A DNA stretch of 64,000 nucleotides from a bacterium (lineage in GTDB: Bacteria > Hinthialibacterota > Hinthialibacteria > Hinthialibacterales > Hinthialibacteraceae), in NCBI GenBank assembly GCA_963662285.2, contig CAXXMV010000003.1:352001-416000 (forward strand). Reading direction: 5' to 3'. The translations under genes and the position numbers were made by a program. Below, in pieces: positions 30,403-40,330 of this stretch. How positions within the stretch are numbered: position 1 is the stretch's first letter; each line of letters begins with the position of its first letter. The notes beneath the pieces are model-generated. The model was not told the DNA's origin. It searched no databases and saw only the letters and a list, made by a program, of their open reading frames with translations.

Positions 30403-30927
30403 ATGAACCACAGAAGCGCTTTTACCCTTATCGAATTATTAATTGTTGTAGCGATTATCGGAATCCTGGCATCCATTGCAGTGCCGAATTTTCTGAATGC
30501 CAACATGAGAGCCAAGATCGCCCGGATGGAAGCCGATATGAAAGCGCTGGGTGATGCTCTGTTAATGTACCGGATTGATAACAAAACCTATTTTCCTCAA
30601 ATGGGCGGTAATCCCCAGGCGGAATTGCGGCGCTTGACCACTCCAATTACTTATATTAACGCTATACCTGAGGATCCCTACCGGGCCGCCAGTAAAAAAT
30701 ACCAGAGCGTCTCGAATAACTATGACTATTCCGCCTATGGTCCTGAAAAAGCTAAGAAGGATTGGTTATTGCATGGCCTTGGACCAGATACGGATGAGGA
30801 TATCGGGGTAGGTTCCTACGGCCCGAATACTTCTGATCTTTTTAAGAGATTGCTCTATCAACCATCCAATGGCATAGCCAGCAGTGGAGACGTTATTCAT
30901 ACCTCATGGCACGGCTTGTCATTTTAG
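30403..30927 (+). CDS. Type II secretion/type IV pseudopilin-like protein (N-terminal methylation motif)
   Basis: SA|FTLIELLIVVAIIGILASIAVPNF; LTTPITYI..IPEDPY; GPD; YQPSNGIASSGD. Confidence 0.9.
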   Translation: MNHRSAFTLIELLIVVAIIGILASIAVPNFLNANMRAKIARMEADMKALGDALLMYRIDNKTYFPQMGGNPQAELRRLTTPITYINAIPEDPYRAASKKYQSVSNNYDYSAYGPEKAKKDWLLHGLGPDTDEDIGVGSYGPNTSDLFKRLLYQPSNGIASSGDVIHTSWHGLSF

Positions 30928-31020
30928 CATTACAATGATATCAAAGCTAACGAGTTCCAGCATTCAACACAGGTTTAGCATTGGTAAATTAACCGGTACT
31001 CTTACCATAATAATTCAAGT

Positions 31021-31055
31021 TCCCTCTCCCTCTGGAGAGGGTTAGGGTGAGGGTG
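31021..31055. repeat. CCCTCTCCC / GGAGAGGG-TTAGGGTGAGGG palindromic repeat
   Basis: Same family as 39675-39710 (opposite orientation); lies between convergent genes. Confidence 0.7.
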
Positions 31056-31076
31056 AAAAAGGAATCGTCAGTTAAT

Positions 31077-31544
31077 TCAATGACATGAGTTACAACCGCG
31101 TTTTTCTAAATACTGCTGGTGATAATCTTCCGCCGGATAGAATATCGAAGCAGGGGTGATTTCCGTAACTATTTCTTTGTTAAAAGCGTCAGATTGCTGC
31201 AGCGCCTCTTTAGATGATTCCGCTGAGAATTGCTGCGCCGGAGTCAGGAAGAAAATGGCGGATCGATATTGCGTCCCCATATCAGGTCCCTGTTGGTTTA
31301 ACTGAGTGGGATTATGACAAATCCAGAAAATATCAAGCAACGCTTCATAAGTTGTCAGGCTGGGATCGTAAGTCACTTCGACTACTTCAGCATGCCCAGT
31401 TTGTCCGCTGCACACATCCTGATATGTCGGGTCTGGCTTGGTTCCGCCGCTATATCCGACTTGGGTTGAAACAACGCCGGGCTTATTACGAAACGCTGCT
31501 TCCACACCCCAAAAACATCCTGCCGCAAAAATCGCTTTTTCCAT
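31077..31544 (-). CDS. msrA: Peptide methionine sulfoxide reductase A
   Basis: AGCFWGVE, GYSGG, TGHAEVV, QGPDMGTQYRS, FYPAEDYHQQY; start set at ATG 31544 after a GAGG RBS. Confidence 0.95.
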   Translation of the reverse strand: MEKAIFAAGCFWGVEAAFRNKPGVVSTQVGYSGGTKPDPTYQDVCSGQTGHAEVVEVTYDPSLTTYEALLDIFWICHNPTQLNQQGPDMGTQYRSAIFFLTPAQQFSAESSKEALQQSDAFNKEIVTEITPASIFYPAEDYHQQYLEKRGCNSCH

Positions 31545-31737
31545 TTTTCTAATCCTCATTTTTTCATCATAACCTATTTTGTGGTCTTCTTTTGAGCGTC
31601 TTCGCCAGTTCTCTATATCGCCGTTTGACGCAGTATCTACCTCCATCCCCTGGCTGGATGGACCAACGTAAGAAGATATCACTGTTATTCTATTAATTTG
31701 TTCATATTTTCTAAAAGAATGTATTGAGATAGAAAAT

Positions 31738-34164
31738 TTATAAGGCTGACCGGCTAACGATCCCCAAGTCTTTACCTTCCATTGCTTTGGGAGGCTTCAG
31801 GCCGAAGTAGCGCACTACGGTCGGGGCGAAATCCATTATGGAAACGTCATTCTTTTTAATGGGGCGGTTGCAGAAGAATATGCCTGGAACCTGTTCGGCT
31901 GCCATGCTGCAATGATCTCCGCTCCAGGTTTCCATGTTGTCTTCCACCACATTACCGGGAGAAATCCCGCCCAGACAGGTTTGCCAGGAGACGCGGTATG
32001 GCGAATTGAAGCAGACCTGTAAATCAGGGCAGTCATGTTCGTCGTTGGCGAATGGTCCCGACCAGATTTCATCGCGTCTTTTTACGTAGGCTACGACTGG
32101 CGTGTTGTTTCTACCTTCGCGGTCATCAACCAGGGTTTCCATTTTTTGGGCGATGTCCTTACATACGGCGTCATACTCTGCGTCTTTGACAATGCCCAGT
32201 GGTTCACGCCCTGCTTTGTTGATGTATATCTGACCTAAGCCCATTGAGTAGGCTTTGGTTTTTTTCCAATCTACGTATTGGAAATATTCTGCATTTTCGC
32301 CCTGGAGCAAGACTTCCAGTTTGATATTGGTGGCTTGTAATTTAGATACTTTCAATGCCAGGAATCCATTATCCAGCAGCCATTTATTGATATGCACTTG
32401 ATAGCGGAAGGATGAGAAGCCGTGGTCGGACATGACGATCAAAGATGCATCAGGATCATTGCCTAACTTTTCCAACATGCGTCCAACTATCGTATCCATG
32501 CGTTTATAAATACTTTTTATGACGTCTTTGTATTTCTTGGCCAATACAGGATCGTACATGGGGTGGCCTTCATCAATAAAGCGGTAGAACATGTGAGCCA
32601 CGCGGTCAGTTTCGGAGAATACGGAAATAAAGAAGTTATTCTCTGTGCGCTCGAAAGTCTCGAATAATTTTTTCTCACGCTGATTCATTAAATGGTTTAG
32701 GTCAGAGATATAACCATCTTCGCCGAGGTGACCGTCTTTCAGTCCATGGGTTTCAGAAGCCCAGCCGCGCGTCTTGTACGGTTCGCCCAGCCAATCGGCC
32801 AAATCTTTGGAGAAGCCTTTGGGTTGTGAGATGGGTATAATCGGCTTACGTGGGTCAATATCCGGTGAGGTCATATAGACTTTGAGAGTGTTATCGGTGA
32901 TTTCCTGTGGATAGAAGCGGCAAATGGCTCTGGCTTTGACGAACGACATAATGGGGAATGAGAGAGAGAACCAGTCGCTCCATTGTTTAAGTTTAACCTG
33001 CTGGAGGTTATCTCCGGTTTTGATTTCAACCGTCTCTTTATCTTTGGCGCGGAAATAGACTTTGAGTTTGATTGGTTTACCCATCGTATCTATTTCATCT
33101 TTTAGATATTTTGCATTTTTACGAACCTTTTGAATGTTTATACGAGTCTGGGTTGCTTCAACGCCGTCTTCTTTGATGTAGGATTTTCCCGAAAGCAAAA
33201 AATTCTTGACCCGTTGAATGCGGTTTTCGAACTCTTCCGACTCAAGATATTCCTGATAAGCAATCAGGCTGCATACATTCATGTTTAAGCGATCTAACAA
33301 ATTCGCTCTTTCATCTTGTTTAAAGTTCTTTGGACCCTGTAATGATCCTAAATGCGCCCACCACTCGATTTCTTCGAGCAGTAAGTCAACCCGTTCGATG
33401 GATTTTTTGCGTTTTTCATCATCAACAATAGGATCATAGGGGCCCCAGATATGACCCATCAACCAGTCACCCTCTGGTTTAAGTTCTTCGATCATTCCCC
33501 CGAAGGTACTGGTTTTATCCAATGGCGTCTCGGGATTTTTATCATAAATGAAATGATGGAAAGTGGCTTGAATGCCTCTGATATCTGGTACGCCGAGACC
33601 TGATAATGCCCTCCCGTGGTTTAGTTTAGGAGGCGGGAAGGTGATAGGGACTTCGATCATGCTGCTGCGCACGCCGAATTTGCTGAGAATATCCCAGAAT
33701 GCTACTCCGCCGCGCCGACGTAAGGCTTTAGGCATTTTTATTGGAATCATTTTGAAGATAAAACGTGGATGTCCTTTTTTGACGAATGATTCATAGGTCG
33801 GGAAATAAGAGCCGACCGGACGCCGAAGAAAATCGTAGACGCCATGCTGGCCGGGATTCCCGCCAACCGCGAAGCATGACCAGGCTACTGGAGATTCCGG
33901 TGGGTAACAGGTCTGCATTCTTTTGTAGACGCCCATGTTCATCATTTTCGAGAGATTGGGCAATTCAGACATCCATTTTTCGACCAGACGCGGATCGGCG
34001 CCATCGAATCCGAGGATGATCAGACGTTTCTTGGTTTTAAATGCTTTGGGCTTAAATGGATTGAAGAAATAAAAGCAGAAAGCGACGACAACGACGGTTA
34101 GAAGGAATTTTCTACGTAATAATTTCTTAGGTTTATTCACAATTTTAGGTGAAGCGTTATTCAT
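31738..34164 (-). CDS. Membrane-anchored alkaline phosphatase superfamily / type I phosphodiesterase-nucleotide pyrophosphatase
   Basis: ILGFDGAD, PPESPVAWS, NPGQHGVYDF, TDRVAHMF, MSDHGF, WSGDH; N-terminal TM. Confidence 0.87.
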   Translation of the reverse strand: MNNASPKIVNKPKKLLRRKFLLTVVVVAFCFYFFNPFKPKAFKTKKRLIILGFDGADPRLVEKWMSELPNLSKMMNMGVYKRMQTCYPPESPVAWSCFAVGGNPGQHGVYDFLRRPVGSYFPTYESFVKKGHPRFIFKMIPIKMPKALRRRGGVAFWDILSKFGVRSSMIEVPITFPPPKLNHGRALSGLGVPDIRGIQATFHHFIYDKNPETPLDKTSTFGGMIEELKPEGDWLMGHIWGPYDPIVDDEKRKKSIERVDLLLEEIEWWAHLGSLQGPKNFKQDERANLLDRLNMNVCSLIAYQEYLESEEFENRIQRVKNFLLSGKSYIKEDGVEATQTRINIQKVRKNAKYLKDEIDTMGKPIKLKVYFRAKDKETVEIKTGDNLQQVKLKQWSDWFSLSFPIMSFVKARAICRFYPQEITDNTLKVYMTSPDIDPRKPIIPISQPKGFSKDLADWLGEPYKTRGWASETHGLKDGHLGEDGYISDLNHLMNQREKKLFETFERTENNFFISVFSETDRVAHMFYRFIDEGHPMYDPVLAKKYKDVIKSIYKRMDTIVGRMLEKLGNDPDASLIVMSDHGFSSFRYQVHINKWLLDNGFLALKVSKLQATNIKLEVLLQGENAEYFQYVDWKKTKAYSMGLGQIYINKAGREPLGIVKDAEYDAVCKDIAQKMETLVDDREGRNNTPVVAYVKRRDEIWSGPFANDEHDCPDLQVCFNSPYRVSWQTCLGGISPGNVVEDNMETWSGDHCSMAAEQVPGIFFCNRPIKKNDVSIMDFAPTVVRYFGLKPPKAMEGKDLGIVSRSAL

Positions 34165-34177
34165 AACAATCTCTCTT

Positions 34178-34918
34178 TCATAAACTCATGGTGAGTTGTG
34201 GAAGAATTTCACCTGATTTCCCAGCCAGGTGAATATCGGCGTATGCTGTCAGAGACGTAGTCCCCGGATTAATCTCGATTAATTTTCCTGTTGAACCTTT
34301 GCTGCGATTGGCCCAGTCCATGATGTATCCAAAACTGGCCTCTGTACCTATAACGAAGACGATATCAATATCGCCTTGTGATATAAACGATTCAGTCTGG
34401 CTAACCGCATCGGTATCAATCTGTTCGCCGAACCATACCACATTGGGACGCTCCAAAGCGCCGCAATTGGGGCATTTAGGAGGCAACTCCGGCAATGGCG
34501 CCTGCAAGTCTTCGCGAATGGTATATTCTTTAGTACACCGAACCTCGTATATCTTACCGTGGATATGAGCTAATCTCAACGATCCAGCTCGTTCATGTAG
34601 ATTATCCACGTTTTGGGTTAAAAGGAAGAAGCCGTCCTGTTTGGCTTTTTCCATAGCAACGACGGCGAAATGTCCAGGATTGGGGTGGCAGTCTTTGAGT
34701 TGAACGCGCCGTTCATCATACCATTTCCAGACAAATTCGGGATCGTCATTGAAGGCTTCCGGAGTGGCTACTTTATAGGGATCAATCTTGTTCCATAGAC
34801 CTGTGGCATCACGGAATGTGGGTACTCCGCTTTCAGCAGAAATTCCAGCGCCGGTAAGTACTAGTATGCGTTTGGCCTGTTCGACTAAATCCTTGGCGCG
34901 TTTGATTGAGTCATTCAT
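34178..34918 (-). CDS. cobB: NAD-dependent protein deacylase (sirtuin)
   Basis: TGAGISAESGVPTFR, PNPGH, TQNVDNLHERAG, RPNVVWFGE. Confidence 0.92.
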   Translation of the reverse strand: MNDSIKRAKDLVEQAKRILVLTGAGISAESGVPTFRDATGLWNKIDPYKVATPEAFNDDPEFVWKWYDERRVQLKDCHPNPGHFAVVAMEKAKQDGFFLLTQNVDNLHERAGSLRLAHIHGKIYEVRCTKEYTIREDLQAPLPELPPKCPNCGALERPNVVWFGEQIDTDAVSQTESFISQGDIDIVFVIGTEASFGYIMDWANRSKGSTGKLIEINPGTTSLTAYADIHLAGKSGEILPQLTMSL

Positions 34919-35085
34919 TATTTATTCTCCATATAGTGAATCATCGGTCGCTTTGGATAACTGCTTGCAGCATCATTGTTTTATAGTAAACATAGGTTAC
35001 TATTAACAAAGTATGATCTATGCCTGTCATACTGACAAGGTGATAATTCTTGTTATTATTGATAGTTCTATAAAGAAATAATTAA

Positions 35086-36222
35086 ATGGAATTAAAACGC
35101 GCAAACCCGCATGTCGTAATACTGAACAAAGCATACCCCCCCTGGATTGGCGGTATCGAACGCCATGTCTGTGATATCAGCAAAGAACTGGTAAAGCGTG
35201 GATGGAAAGTGACCGCATTGGTATGCAACGACTGCAACCAGCTATGCAATGAAACCATAGATGGAGTTGAGGTCATCCGAATGCCTCAGTTAATACGGAT
35301 TTTCTCTCAACCAATAGTAACAGGGTACTTAAAACGATTGCAGGAGTTAAAACCTGATCTGGTTCATGTCCATGCGCCGTTTCCCTTGGGATGGGGCGTC
35401 GTGAATGCCATACCAGAAAAGATTCCGCTTATCTGTACGTGGCATAGCGATATCATCCGGCAGCGTTTTTTGATGCCGTTGCTGGCTTCATTTCAGGATC
35501 GTTTTTTAGCTCGTTGCTCAAAAATTATTGCTACATCACAACCATTGATCCATAATTCTTCCGATTTGAGAAAGTTTTCTGACAAGTGCACTGTTATTCC
35601 ATTAGCTATTCCACCCGGCGACTCGTCTCACGAAGCAGAAATCCTGGAAAAAGCAGCCAAAATAAAGGACAAATGCCCGAAGCCGTTATTTCTTTACGTA
35701 GGGAGGCTGGTCGGATATAAGGGACTTAAATACCTGATCGAAGCCATGCAATCGGTGCAAGGAACTTTGTTGATTGCCGGTGATGGTTTATTTAGAAATA
35801 ATCTGGAACAACTGACCCGTCAACTTAATCTCCAATCACGAGTAAGATTTTTGGGACAGATTTCGGATATTGATAAAAACGCCTTATATCAAGCCGCCGA
35901 TGTATTCGTGTTGCCTTCCATTACGGCTAATGAAGCCTTTGGGTATGTGTTGCTGGAATCAATGCAGCGGGGCTGCGCGGTGATATCAACCGATCTGCCG
36001 ACCGGCGTCAAATACGTAAACCGGCATGGCGAATCAGGATTGGTGGTTCCACCAAAAAACGCGCAAGCCCTGGCGAATGCAATGAATCGAATAGTTGGAA
36101 ATGAAAAACTGCTGCATGAATTATCTGAAGGCGCCAGAAAACGCGTAGACGATCTATTTAATTTTGATGCGACGGTTGACCAGATTGAGGCGGTTTATGA
36201 TGAAGCATTGTCAGCCTCTTGA
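35086..36222 (+). CDS. Glycosyltransferase family 4
   Basis: YPPWIGGIE, TWHSDI, VGRLVGYKG, EAFGYVLLE (EX7E). Confidence 0.9.
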   Translation: MELKRANPHVVILNKAYPPWIGGIERHVCDISKELVKRGWKVTALVCNDCNQLCNETIDGVEVIRMPQLIRIFSQPIVTGYLKRLQELKPDLVHVHAPFPLGWGVVNAIPEKIPLICTWHSDIIRQRFLMPLLASFQDRFLARCSKIIATSQPLIHNSSDLRKFSDKCTVIPLAIPPGDSSHEAEILEKAAKIKDKCPKPLFLYVGRLVGYKGLKYLIEAMQSVQGTLLIAGDGLFRNNLEQLTRQLNLQSRVRFLGQISDIDKNALYQAADVFVLPSITANEAFGYVLLESMQRGCAVISTDLPTGVKYVNRHGESGLVVPPKNAQALANAMNRIVGNEKLLHELSEGARKRVDDLFNFDATVDQIEAVYDEALSAS

Positions 36223-36884
36223 TCAAGACCCGGTTGGCCTGCCAAACGGTCGACTTCCTCAGTAACTCTACGCATCTCTTTTTGCAACCTTAACCTGCAT
36301 TCCTCTAGAACTGCTTTATCCGCATTTTCTGGTACATGAATCGCTTCACCAGTAACCAGGAATATTTGTCCGAAGGGCAGGGGAAGCATGAAACGATCCC
36401 AACTTTGAAACCGATGACTGCGGGTGCAGGAAAATCCGGTTGGAATTATGGGAGCGCCGGATAATTTGGCTAACTGAATGACGCCCGCCCGAACTTTTTC
36501 CCGCGGACCTTTTGGTCCATCGGGAGTGACGACGGCGTTGCCGCTATGCTTAAGCCAATGAAGCAAACCCAGCAGACCTTCAGCGCCGTAGCGGGACGCT
36601 GAACCGCGAGCTGAATGAAAGCCGAAACGTTTCATTAATTGGGTGATATATTCACCATCTTTACTATGGCTTACCAGGGCGGCGAGATTTTTGTTGCGAA
36701 AATGATATATAGGAAGCATTAAGCGGCTATGCCATACAGAGAATATGAAGGGATCATTTTTCTTGCTTATGGTTTCCAGCAAATCATTATTAACGCAATG
36801 CAGACGATTAGTACGGCCAATAAATTGAATCAAAGCCCATGCCGGGAGTGACGCGACAAAAGGAACGAATTTTTTATTTAACAT
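36195..36884 (-). CDS. DUF374 / lysophospholipid acyltransferase family protein
   Basis: WHSRL, SHSKDGE, RGSASR, TPDGPKGP, SWDRFMLPLPF. Confidence 0.85.
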   Translation of the reverse strand: MLNKKFVPFVASLPAWALIQFIGRTNRLHCVNNDLLETISKKNDPFIFSVWHSRLMLPIYHFRNKNLAALVSHSKDGEYITQLMKRFGFHSARGSASRYGAEGLLGLLHWLKHSGNAVVTPDGPKGPREKVRAGVIQLAKLSGAPIIPTGFSCTRSHRFQSWDRFMLPLPFGQIFLVTGEAIHVPENADKAVLEECRLRLQKEMRRVTEEVDRLAGQPGLDQEADNASS

Positions 36885-36908
36885 AATTATTCATGTAATC
36901 CAAAAAAA

Positions 36909-37060
36909 GTGGTTTCTATCAACCCTCTCCTAGCCTCTCCCAATCTTGGGAGAGGAATGCTTTCTGCCAGTGTTTAAGATTTTACCGATGCATCAAAGAA
37001 ACGCTTGATCAAACCCAAAATCTCTCTCCCCCAAGTTGAGGGAGAATTTAAGAGGGGGTT
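36909..37060. repeat. CCTCTCCCAATCTTGGGAGAGG repeat (36909-36960) plus a degenerate inverted relative (37021-37060)
   Basis: 47/52 identity to 39758-39809 in direct orientation; reverse-complement copies at 23967-24006 and 42093-42144. Confidence 0.8.
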
Positions 37061-37110
37061 GTTTTCCAAACCTCATACTATCAAATCAAAATACTGTATT
37101 AAACCAATAA

Positions 37111-37989
37111 TCATCTCGCCCGTTTTAGGGTGGTCCATTTAGAAGACGAAAACTGTTCGCCTTTGCGAAAATACCTTGTACGGCGCTGAGTGTCGGCGTC
37201 CTTCATTCTAGCATCTATATGGACTTCGACTACATCATGCTCATTTCCATTAAACAAGTTCCACATAGTATGCAGCAGTTTAACTTCTTCCAATTTCCAA
37301 CAAATAGGCGATGGATTGTTCCTGGCATCCGGCAGGCTGCGGGGAAACAGGTATAAACATGGCGGGGGCACTCTTCTATTTTGACCGACGGATATCAGAC
37401 GTGATTGGTCATCTTTGGTTTTGGGACAAGGCCGGCCAGCTGTGCCGCAGATCATATCCCAGATAATCAGACCATCCACCAGGTGGCGCTTGTGAATAAT
37501 CTCAGCGCTGAGCCGGGTGTGAATGCCTGACCAGGCGTTATGCCTGGGATCTGAGCCGGGATTCTGGCATAACGACCAGATGATGAAACGGTCCGCATGA
37601 GGCGGCCTCTCGAAAATATTGGTATTATTGCCATCCAGACAGCCTTTGGTTTCAATGACGGTCAGACTGTCATCCGGCATTATCACTTCGTAGTCATGCC
37701 GTTCTTCACTGCCGACAAAAGACCACTGCTTGATGCCGCCATCATCCTGCAACTTATTGAAAATAATCTCGACGAAACGTTTTTTACGGATCATTGAAGC
37801 GGCTTGAGAACCACGCAGCCTTTCTATGGCGCTATGGAAGATGCCGGAATCCCAAAACTCCTGCTCGTTCATGCCATGATCGCCAATGAACGGCGCTGCT
37901 TTTTTTAAGGTTTCGACATAGGTATGAATCTGTTTTTTAGTATCAAGCAGCAATTCGCAGGAGATTATGGGTTTCTTTGAACTTTCCAT
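37111..37989 (-). CDS. Putative restriction endonuclease (PD-(D/E)XK-like) partner of dcm
   Basis: ATG 37989 one base after the dcm stop; RHDYEV...VIETKGCLDGNN resembles a D..(D/E)XK active site; third gene of the vsr-dcm operon. Confidence 0.6.
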   Translation of the reverse strand: MESSKKPIISCELLLDTKKQIHTYVETLKKAAPFIGDHGMNEQEFWDSGIFHSAIERLRGSQAASMIRKKRFVEIIFNKLQDDGGIKQWSFVGSEERHDYEVIMPDDSLTVIETKGCLDGNNTNIFERPPHADRFIIWSLCQNPGSDPRHNAWSGIHTRLSAEIIHKRHLVDGLIIWDMICGTAGRPCPKTKDDQSRLISVGQNRRVPPPCLYLFPRSLPDARNNPSPICWKLEEVKLLHTMWNLFNGNEHDVVEVHIDARMKDADTQRRTRYFRKGEQFSSSKWTTLKRAR

Positions 37990-37990
37990 A

Positions 37991-39148
37991 TTATTCCATT
38001 TCCGATAAGCGCTTTGCTGAGCGAACCAAGGGAGTGAGTAGGCTTTTTTCCAGCCATGAAACCACTGGCGCGACAACGCCGTCTCCCATTAAATGGTATG
38101 CTTCATTATATCTGGCGGGCAGTTGATATGTATCAGGCGCCCCCATGAGACGGGCGGTTTCGCGGGCTGATATAAGTCTGGAGCGGACATTTTTGCCATG
38201 AACTTCTAATAAAATCTGTCGGCTTGAACCACCGGCGGGGGTGCGCAGGCACCCGCTGATCTGATCGAAGCGTACTTCGGCGCGTTGTACGTTTTCTCCA
38301 TCTCGATTGGTGCGGGTGCGCCGGTAGATGGTTCCATAGATTTTTTGTTTACTGCGCATGGCCTCTTTAACTTTATTGATATTCGGCTCTGACATTAAAC
38401 TCAATAGATAATCGGTCTCTGAAGAAGTATGCCATGCGACGTCTTCCGGATTATCTTCAATGATATCGGCTAAGGTTGATTGGCGTGGCGGCGGATCGGG
38501 CAAGCGCCACCAAATCCATTGCTTTTGCAAATTTTGAGGTAATTTATTGTATGATTGACAGATGGATTTTGAATGGAGGAACTCGTATGGTTTGTTATTA
38601 ATAACCCCGTTAGGGATGGTGATATGATTTTTGACGGCGACTACAAATAAGCGCGGCCTGGATTGGGGTACGAATTGAACAGCATCCATCACGAATGGTC
38701 CGACATTATATCCCTCGTCCATTAAGACCCTGATCAGAGATTCGAAATCCTTGCCGCCATTGGAGGTTATGGCGCCGACAACGTTTTCTAATACAACTAG
38801 TGGAACAGGGCGCCCATTGTCGCCCATCTCTTTCATCAGGCGCCAGAACGACCAGAAGGTTCCGCTTCTTTTAGCCTTCAAACCACCCCGGTCGCCCGCA
38901 AGTGAAAGGTCTTGACATGGAAATGAAGCCCATGACAAGACAGGCGTCCCTGGAAGGTGATTTATTGTAAGTTTTGAGATATCTTCTAAAAGAAAGTGAT
39001 CCGAAGATGGAAAATTCTCCTTGTAGGCCCAGGCCTTTTTAGCGGAATTATCGTTGGCGAAGAGGCAATCCCAGCGTGATCCCAGGCCGATGCGCGCCAT
39101 GCCACTTCCCGCAAAAAATTCATAAAATCCCAATTTCTTAGCCGGCAT
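37991..39148 (-). CDS. dcm: C5 DNA cytosine methyltransferase
   Basis: FFAGSG (I), SFPCQDLS (IV), LENV (VI), QSRPRLF (VIII), RETARLMG (IX), GDGV (X). Confidence 0.93.
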   Translation of the reverse strand: MPAKKLGFYEFFAGSGMARIGLGSRWDCLFANDNSAKKAWAYKENFPSSDHFLLEDISKLTINHLPGTPVLSWASFPCQDLSLAGDRGGLKAKRSGTFWSFWRLMKEMGDNGRPVPLVVLENVVGAITSNGGKDFESLIRVLMDEGYNVGPFVMDAVQFVPQSRPRLFVVAVKNHITIPNGVINNKPYEFLHSKSICQSYNKLPQNLQKQWIWWRLPDPPPRQSTLADIIEDNPEDVAWHTSSETDYLLSLMSEPNINKVKEAMRSKQKIYGTIYRRTRTNRDGENVQRAEVRFDQISGCLRTPAGGSSRQILLEVHGKNVRSRLISARETARLMGAPDTYQLPARYNEAYHLMGDGVVAPVVSWLEKSLLTPLVRSAKRLSEME

Positions 39149-39559
39149 TCATTTAGCTCCAAGAAACTTTCTGACTACTTTTTGCATTTTATCAATATCT
39201 TTGATTTGACATTCCCAAATGACCAGCGATTGCCAGCCCAGTTCTTCGAGTTTTCTTCTATTTTGTTTATCACGCTGCATATTGCGTTCGAGTTTTGGAA
39301 TCCAATAACTTTTATTGGAAGCCGGGCGGTTCTTGCCTGATTTACAACTATGCCCATGCCAGAAGCAACCATGTACAAATATCACTTTGTGGAACTTTGG
39401 GAAGGCTAAGTCTGGTTTTCCCGGAAGATCGCTGCGATGAAGGCGAAAGCGGTATCCCATGGCATGAATCAGGCGCCGCATGGTCATCTCCGGTTTGGTA
39501 TCCTTCGATTTGACGCGGGTCATGGTCTTTTTTCGTTGTTCCGCAGTAAGATTGTCCAC
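39149..39559 (-). CDS. vsr: Very short patch repair endonuclease
   Basis: DNLTAEQR..M..VKSKDTKPE, LPGKPDL, FVHGCFWHGH, GWQSLVIWEC. Confidence 0.95.
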   Translation of the reverse strand: MDNLTAEQRKKTMTRVKSKDTKPEMTMRRLIHAMGYRFRLHRSDLPGKPDLAFPKFHKVIFVHGCFWHGHSCKSGKNRPASNKSYWIPKLERNMQRDKQNRRKLEELGWQSLVIWECQIKDIDKMQKVVRKFLGAK

Positions 39560-39674
39560 TTTTACTTCAATAACTCTTCATGAATATTGATATATTTATC
39601 ATAAATTTCAGGTAGTATAACATATTTTGTAGGTGGTTTAAAAGATGAAAGTGAAAACGTAAGTGTTTTATCAT

Positions 39675-39809
39675 CCCCCTCACCCTAACCCTCTCCCGCC
39701 GGGAGAGGGGACAATAAGGTTAACTTAATGACATTGACATCCAGGAATCCATCATAGGTGGTTTTTATCAACCCTCACCTAGTTTCTCCCAATCTTGGGA
39801 GAGGAATAC
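39675..39809. repeat. Repeat cluster: CCCCCTCACCCTAACCCTCTCCC hairpin, IS4-like end TTAACTTAATGACATTG (39720-39736), and 52-bp CCTCTCCC repeat (39758-39809)
   Basis: Direct reading; the 17-mer is identical to 60695-60711. Confidence 0.75.
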
Positions 39810-39853
39810 TTATCCCATAAATATTTGTAATAATTAAATTTATTAACCTTTAC

Positions 39854-40330
39854 TTAATAATCTCTATTATCCTGCCTCATGTCGCGTTCAATATCCCGGC
39901 GTTTCATATCTTCGCGTTTATCGTGTAATTTCTTTCCCTGCGCTAGAGCGATATCAACTTTTACCCGGCCATTGACGAAATACATTTTGAGAGGAACCAG
40001 GGTGAATCCTTTAATTTGAACCTTGGTGAATAGTTTGAATATTTCCCGTTTATGCAGTAGAAGTTTCCTGCGCCGCACAGGATCATGATTGGCGTCGTTG
40101 CCATGCGAATAGGGGCTGATATGACAATCGCATAGAAATAGTTCGCCGTTTTGCAGTGTGGCGAAGCTCTCTCCCAGATTCACGGCCCCTTCGCGGATTG
40201 CTTTAACTTCGGTTCCCTGAAGCACAATTCCGGCCTGGTAACTTTCCAGAATGTGATATTGAAAACGCGCTTTGCGGTTGGTAGCCGCAATTTTATGACC
40301 GGCAGGTTTTGAAGAAGTTTTTCGGTTCAT
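39854..40330 (-). CDS. smpB: SsrA-binding protein
   Basis: NRKARFQY, AGIVLQGTEVKAIR, RRRKLLLHKREI, GKKLHDKRE. Confidence 0.97.
   Translation of the reverse strand: MNRKTSSKPAGHKIAATNRKARFQYHILESYQAGIVLQGTEVKAIREGAVNLGESFATLQNGELFLCDCHISPYSHGNDANHDPVRRRKLLLHKREIFKLFTKVQIKGFTLVPLKMYFVNGRVKVDIALAQGKKLHDKREDMKRRDIERDMRQDNRDY

Noticed and set aside
34178-34918. Sir2-type anti-phage (Thoeris/DSR) effector
   Set aside because: Canonical stand-alone CobB-length deacylase in a housekeeping context.
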